Of a stretch of DNA of 2,525 nt, positions 1 to 2,525 are shown piece by piece. Source of the DNA: Dictyostelium discoideum (Eukaryota); the NCBI GenBank assembly GCA_000004695.1, contig CH709181.1, positions 1 to 2,525 on the forward strand. Reading direction: 5' to 3'. Position numbers and translations under genes: made by a program. The number at the start of each line of letters is the position of its first letter. Position 1 is the stretch's first letter. The notes beneath the pieces were generated by a model. It was not told the origin of the DNA and ran no database searches. It saw nothing but the letters and a program-made list of their open reading frames with translations.

Positions 1-52
1 ATTTTTCTTTAAAAAGTTAAAAATCTGGAAATTTTCTAATTAACTTGGTTCC

Positions 53-56
<4 letters not shown>

Positions 57-84
<28 letters not shown>
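57..84 (+). repeat. T28 homopolymer upstream of tRNA-Thr copy 1. Also (TTG)4 at 127-138.
   Basis: Counted directly. Confidence 0.9.
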
Positions 85-87
<3 letters not shown>

Positions 88-189
88 TCTTTTTTATATG
101 AAAAATGAAATAATCAAAAAAAGAGATTGTTGTTGTTGTTTGTATAAAGCAAAATTTGGGATGCTGTTGAAATAAAAATTTTCAAAAAT

Positions 190-261
190 GGCTCCTTAGC
201 ATAGTGGTATTGCGCTTCCCTAGTAAGGAAGAGGTCATGAGTTCGATCCTCATAGGAGCCT
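190..261 (+). tRNA. tRNA-Thr, anticodon AGU (eukaryotic A34/I34-type), copy 1
   Basis: Folds by eye into a cloverleaf. The 7-bp acceptor stem GGCTCCT/AGGAGCC is perfect. The D-arm is GCAT-AGTGGTA-TTGC, with an A-box-like TAGCATAGTGG. The anticodon stem CTTCC/GGAAG is perfect, and the 7-nt loop CTAGTAA has U33, anticodon AGT and A37. The variable loop is AGGTC. The T-arm ATGAG-TTCGATC-CTCAT is perfect and serves as the B box. The discriminator is T at 261, and a T4 Pol III terminator follows. The anticodon loop is identical to that of human tRNA-Thr-AGT. Confidence 0.9.
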
Positions 262-289
262 TTTACATTGAAAAACAAAATAGATCGAA

Positions 290-300
290 GGTTCGATTCC
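290..300 (+). promoter_or_regulatory. External B box (exB)-like element GGTTCGATTCC, about 30 bp downstream of tRNA-Thr copy 1
   Basis: This is a 10/11 match to the B-box consensus GGTTCGAnTCC. It lies outside any foldable tRNA, and its flanking sequence makes no acceptor or T stem. Extra downstream B boxes of this kind are an established feature of many Dictyostelium tRNA genes. Confidence 0.55.
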
Positions 301-665
301 CCATAAAAACCATATTAAATAAGAACCTATTACCCACCTTCTACCAAAATAATTAACTTGGAAACTGCTTCCAAATCTTATCTCTTTGAACCAATTTTTT
401 ATTTAACTTTTAATACTGGGCTAACACACTTTTTTAAAAATTAAAAATCCATTTTTTAAAAAAAAAAAAAAAAAATTAAATTTTAAATTCACAAACAAAA
501 CTATTAATTGTTTATTTCCTTAAACGTATAATCCGTAATTAATAAATAAAAAACTCTGCCTATTAGACATCATAATGCATAGGTTTCTTCCCAACATTGA
601 GGGGCAGCGGTTAATCGTTTATGCTTAATAGTGTGTTTAATTATATTAAAAAAACATGTATTAAA

Positions 666-737
666 AGGCTCCTATGAGGATCGAACTCATGACCTCTTCC
701 TTACTAGGGAAGCGCAATACCACTATGCTAAGGAGCC
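666..737 (-). tRNA. tRNA-Thr, anticodon AGU, copy 2 (exact reverse complement of copy 1)
   Basis: The + strand 667-737 is the exact reverse complement of 190-260. The minus-strand gene is followed by TTTTAA (plus-strand coordinates 661-666). It shares an 8-nt 5' flank, tcaaaaat, with copy 1. Confidence 0.9.
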
Positions 738-767
738 ATTTTTGATATTTTTTTTTATAACAGAATT

Positions 768-874
768 CCAAGTTTAAAATAATTTCAATTCAAAAAAAAA
801 ACAAAAAAAGTTTAAAATAATTTCCAATTGCCTTATCCATTTCAAAAAAAAAAGTTTAAAATATTTTCGTCAAG
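768..874 (+). repeat. Three tandem, imperfect copies of a 39-43 bp unit with core AGTTTAAAATA(A)TTTC preceded by an A8-10 run
   Basis: The core copies lie at 771-787, 810-826 and 853-868, each preceded by an oligo-A run. The repeat sits in the intergenic region between tRNA copy 2 and the E2 gene. Confidence 0.6.
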
Positions 875-1114
875 AGATTTCTATTGCAAGATAATCTGAC
901 ATATTGGGAATTTATAAATCTATAACATTATTATATGGAATGATTTGGATATTTCAAAACTAATTATAACCCAAGAACAAGAAAAATATTCAATTTAAAT
1001 AGCTGTTTTTCCTGAATTTATACAATACAATAATTTTTTTCCTGAATCTATTGAATTTATTTTATTTTAATTTTGAAAATAAAATTTTGGATGAATATTG
1101 TTGGAGAAATTATT

Positions 1115-1117
<3 letters not shown>

Positions 1118-1169
<52 letters not shown>
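1118..1169 (+). repeat. T52 homopolymer. Also A18 at 1207-1224 and T24 at 1245-1268.
   Basis: Counted directly. These tracts lie about 300 bp upstream of the E2 start codon. Oligo(dT) tracts of this kind are typical of Dictyostelium promoters. Confidence 0.9.
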
Positions 1170-1170
<1 letters not shown>

Positions 1171-1457
1171 GTATTTTTGAGAATTCTCACAAGTGTCAGT
1201 TGGTCCAAAAAAAAAAAAAAAAAATACAATTTTTTTTATTTTTATTTTTTTTTTTTTTTTTTTTTTTTAATTTTTATTTTTTAAAGTTGTATTACATGAA
1301 ATTTTAAGAATAAACTTTATATGTTTTTTTTTTATTCTTAAAATTATATATTTAAATATATTTTTTATGTATTTTTGTTTTATTTAAATAACACAAATTT
1401 ATAAATTGTAATTTATTTTATATTTTTTATTTATATATTTTACACCACAAATACAAA

Positions 1458-1974
1458 ATGTCCGAGCATAATAGTGATATAGTTCATCCACCAACTAAAG
1501 ATTGTATTGTAAGTAATATTTTTTTAAAAATCACTAAATATACTATTTTATTTATTTTATTAACCAAAATTTTTTAATTTTTTAATTTTTTTTTTTTTTT
1601 TTTTTTTTTTGTGAACACAGACGAGATTAAAAAGAGAATTTCAAGAGATTAGTAAGAATCCAATTGAAAATATTTTAGTCACACCATCTCGTACGTATTT
1701 CAACACATATAAATATTTATATATATATATATATTATATACAAACTGTTTACTAATAATATATTTTTTATATATTATATATTTTTAGCAAGTAATATTTT
1801 AGAATGGCATTATGTTATTTTGGGTGCATCTAATACCCCCTACGAAGGCGGTGTTTATTATGGTCAATTAATATTTAAATATAACTATCCTCTTTCACCA
1901 CCATGTAAGCTATCTCTTTTTTAAATTTTACTATTATAAAATTTATAATATATATATAAATTAATACTAATTTG

Positions 1975-2014
<40 letters not shown>

Positions 2015-2293
2015 ATAGCAATTTTAATGACAACACCAAGTGGTAGATTTGAAACTCAAAAGAGATTATGTTTATCAATTTCAGATTATCATCCAGAAAG
2101 TTGGTCACCAAGTTGGAGTACATCTTCAATTTTACTTGGATTATTATCATTTATGTCTGATAATGAAGTTACAGCAGGTAGTATAGTTACAACAAATGAT
2201 GAAAAGAGAATTTTAGCTACAAAATCAATGGATTTTAATAAGAAGAATAAAACTTTTTGTGAATTATTCCCTTATTTAGCGATGGATGAATAA
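1458..2293 (+). CDS. ube2j2: Ubiquitin-conjugating enzyme E2, Ubc6/UBE2J2 family. Four exons: 1458..1508, 1621..1690, 1788..1904, 2019..2293 (stop TAA at 2291-2293). Predicted product is 170 aa.
   Basis: The spliced translation is [17 protein letters not shown] / [23 protein letters not shown] / [39 protein letters not shown] / [91 protein letters not shown]. From my recollection of human UBE2J2, the motifs that line up are [19 protein letters not shown](S/N)GRF, RLCLSI (active-site Cys), SILTGLLSFM and FCELFP. The start codon is in an aaaATG context. Introns begin with gtaagt, gtacgt and gtaagc and end in ag. Reading frame is preserved across all three junctions (intron phases 0, 1, 1). The six-frame ORF 2027..2293 is the terminal exon. 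Confidence 0.85.
1509..1620 (+). other. Intron 1 (112 nt, phase 0), gtaagt...cacag, containing a T25 tract at 1586-1610
   Basis: The gtaagt donor follows ...GATTGTATT immediately. The acceptor ag is at 1619-1620. Exon 2 begins ACG AGA TTA AAA, giving TRLK. Confidence 0.7.
1691..1787 (+). other. Intron 2 (97 nt, phase 1), gtacgt...ttttag, containing an (AT)n run
   Basis: The donor is gtacgt at 1691. The acceptor is tttttag, ending at 1787. Splicing joins C + CA to give Pro, restoring the conserved PSNILEWHY motif. Confidence 0.65.
1905..2018 (+). other. Intron 3 (114 nt, phase 1), gtaagc...cctatag, containing an A36 tract at 1975-2010
   Basis: The donor is gtaagc at 1905. The acceptor is atag at 2015-2018. 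Splicing joins T + CA to give Ser, restoring the conserved [13 protein letters not shown] motif. Confidence 0.7.
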
Positions 2294-2294
2294 T

Positions 2295-2300
2295 AATAAA
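2295..2300 (+). terminator. Putative polyadenylation signal AATAAA, immediately after the stop codon
   Basis: An AATAAA hexamer begins 2 nt after the TAA stop and is followed by an A-rich 3' UTR. Confidence 0.4.
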
Positions 2301-2304
2301 GTAT

Positions 2305-2356
2305 AAAATGAAAAAAAATGAAAAAAAATGAAAAAAAAATATGAAAAAAAAAAAAA
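2305..2356 (+). repeat. 3' UTR microsatellite (A8TG)n, about 4 units, followed by an A13 run
   Basis: The sequence reads aaaatg aaaaaaaatg aaaaaaaatg aaaaaaaaatatg aaaaaaaaaaaaaag. Confidence 0.7.
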
Positions 2357-2525
2357 GAATAATTAAATCCGAGAATCCTCTCCTTTTTTTTTTTTTAGCG
2401 ATGGTGAATAGTAAGTTCAGTCTTTATTATTTCATCATGATTTGATTTATCATCCTTTATATATATTTACATTAAAAAAAAAAGGGGTTCTTTAGAGTCG
2501 ACAAGCAGGTTTTCAAGCCGAAGTG

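Noticed and set aside
281-303. tRNA pseudogene or 3'-half fragment (atagatcgaaggttcgattcccc)
   Set aside because: Only the B-box/T-loop consensus is present. The flanking bases do not form a T stem or an acceptor stem, and the element sits about 30 bp 3' of an intact tRNA. That is the expected place for a Dictyostelium external B box, so it is annotated as a regulatory element instead.
1098-1307. 69-aa ORF from the six-frame track (MLEKLLDFFFFF…)
   Set aside because: It is almost entirely poly-Phe and poly-Lys translated from the T52, A18 and T24 homopolymer tracts. It lies in the AT-rich promoter region and is a compositional artefact, not a gene.
1723-1737. (AT)7 and other short AT microsatellites inside introns
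   Set aside because: These are ordinary low-complexity sequence for a genome with this base composition and are not distinct features.
2027-2293. 88-aa ORF taken as a stand-alone gene
   Set aside because: It begins at an internal Met. The upstream exons, identified by the gtaagt/ag splice signals and by homology, continue the same Ubc6/UBE2J2 UBC fold, so this ORF is the terminal exon of a four-exon gene.
2401-2445. Unspliced 14-codon ORF ATGGTGAATAGTAAGTTCAGTCTTTATTATTTCATCATGATTTGA as a small protein
   Set aside because: It is too short and of low complexity. The internal gtaagt is better explained as a splice donor after a 10-nt first exon (see findings), or the ATG is non-functional.
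1-2525. A prokaryotic defence system, CRISPR array, integron or other novel bacterial system
   Set aside because: There are no direct-repeat/spacer arrays and no long ORFs. The coding content is spliced with canonical eukaryotic introns, and the sequence carries eukaryotic tRNA and Pol III features. The window is eukaryotic, amoebozoan-like, nuclear DNA.

Overview
This window looks like eukaryotic nuclear DNA rather than prokaryotic, most likely from Dictyostelium discoideum or a close relative. The inference rests on composition and gene structure. The window is more than 80% A+T and has homopolymer runs of up to 52 T and 36 A. The introns are about 100 nt long with gtaagt donors and ag acceptors. 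The codon usage is A/T-biased, and a Dictyostelium-type external B box sits downstream of a tRNA gene.

Two sets of genes are present. The first is a pair of identical tRNA-Thr(AGU) genes in convergent, inverted orientation (190-261 on +, 666-737 on -), separated by a 404-bp AT-rich spacer. The second is a four-exon gene on the + strand (1458..2293) encoding a Ubc6/UBE2J2-family ubiquitin-conjugating enzyme (E2). The six-frame ORF at 2027..2293 is only its last exon.

The remainder is intergenic or promoter DNA with simple repeats and poly-T/poly-A tracts. The ORF at 1098..1307 is a poly-T artefact. I see no prokaryotic-style defence or mobile system in this window.

The observations worth a second look are: (1) the E2 ends at 170 aa without the C-terminal tail-anchor that defines the Ubc6 family; (2) the inverted tRNA pair has an exB box on one side only; (3) a near-copy of the CDS 3' end lies 118 bp downstream, immediately followed by a gtaagt donor, which may mark the start of a neighbouring gene; (4) a 36-A tract occupies the position of the polypyrimidine tract in the last intron.
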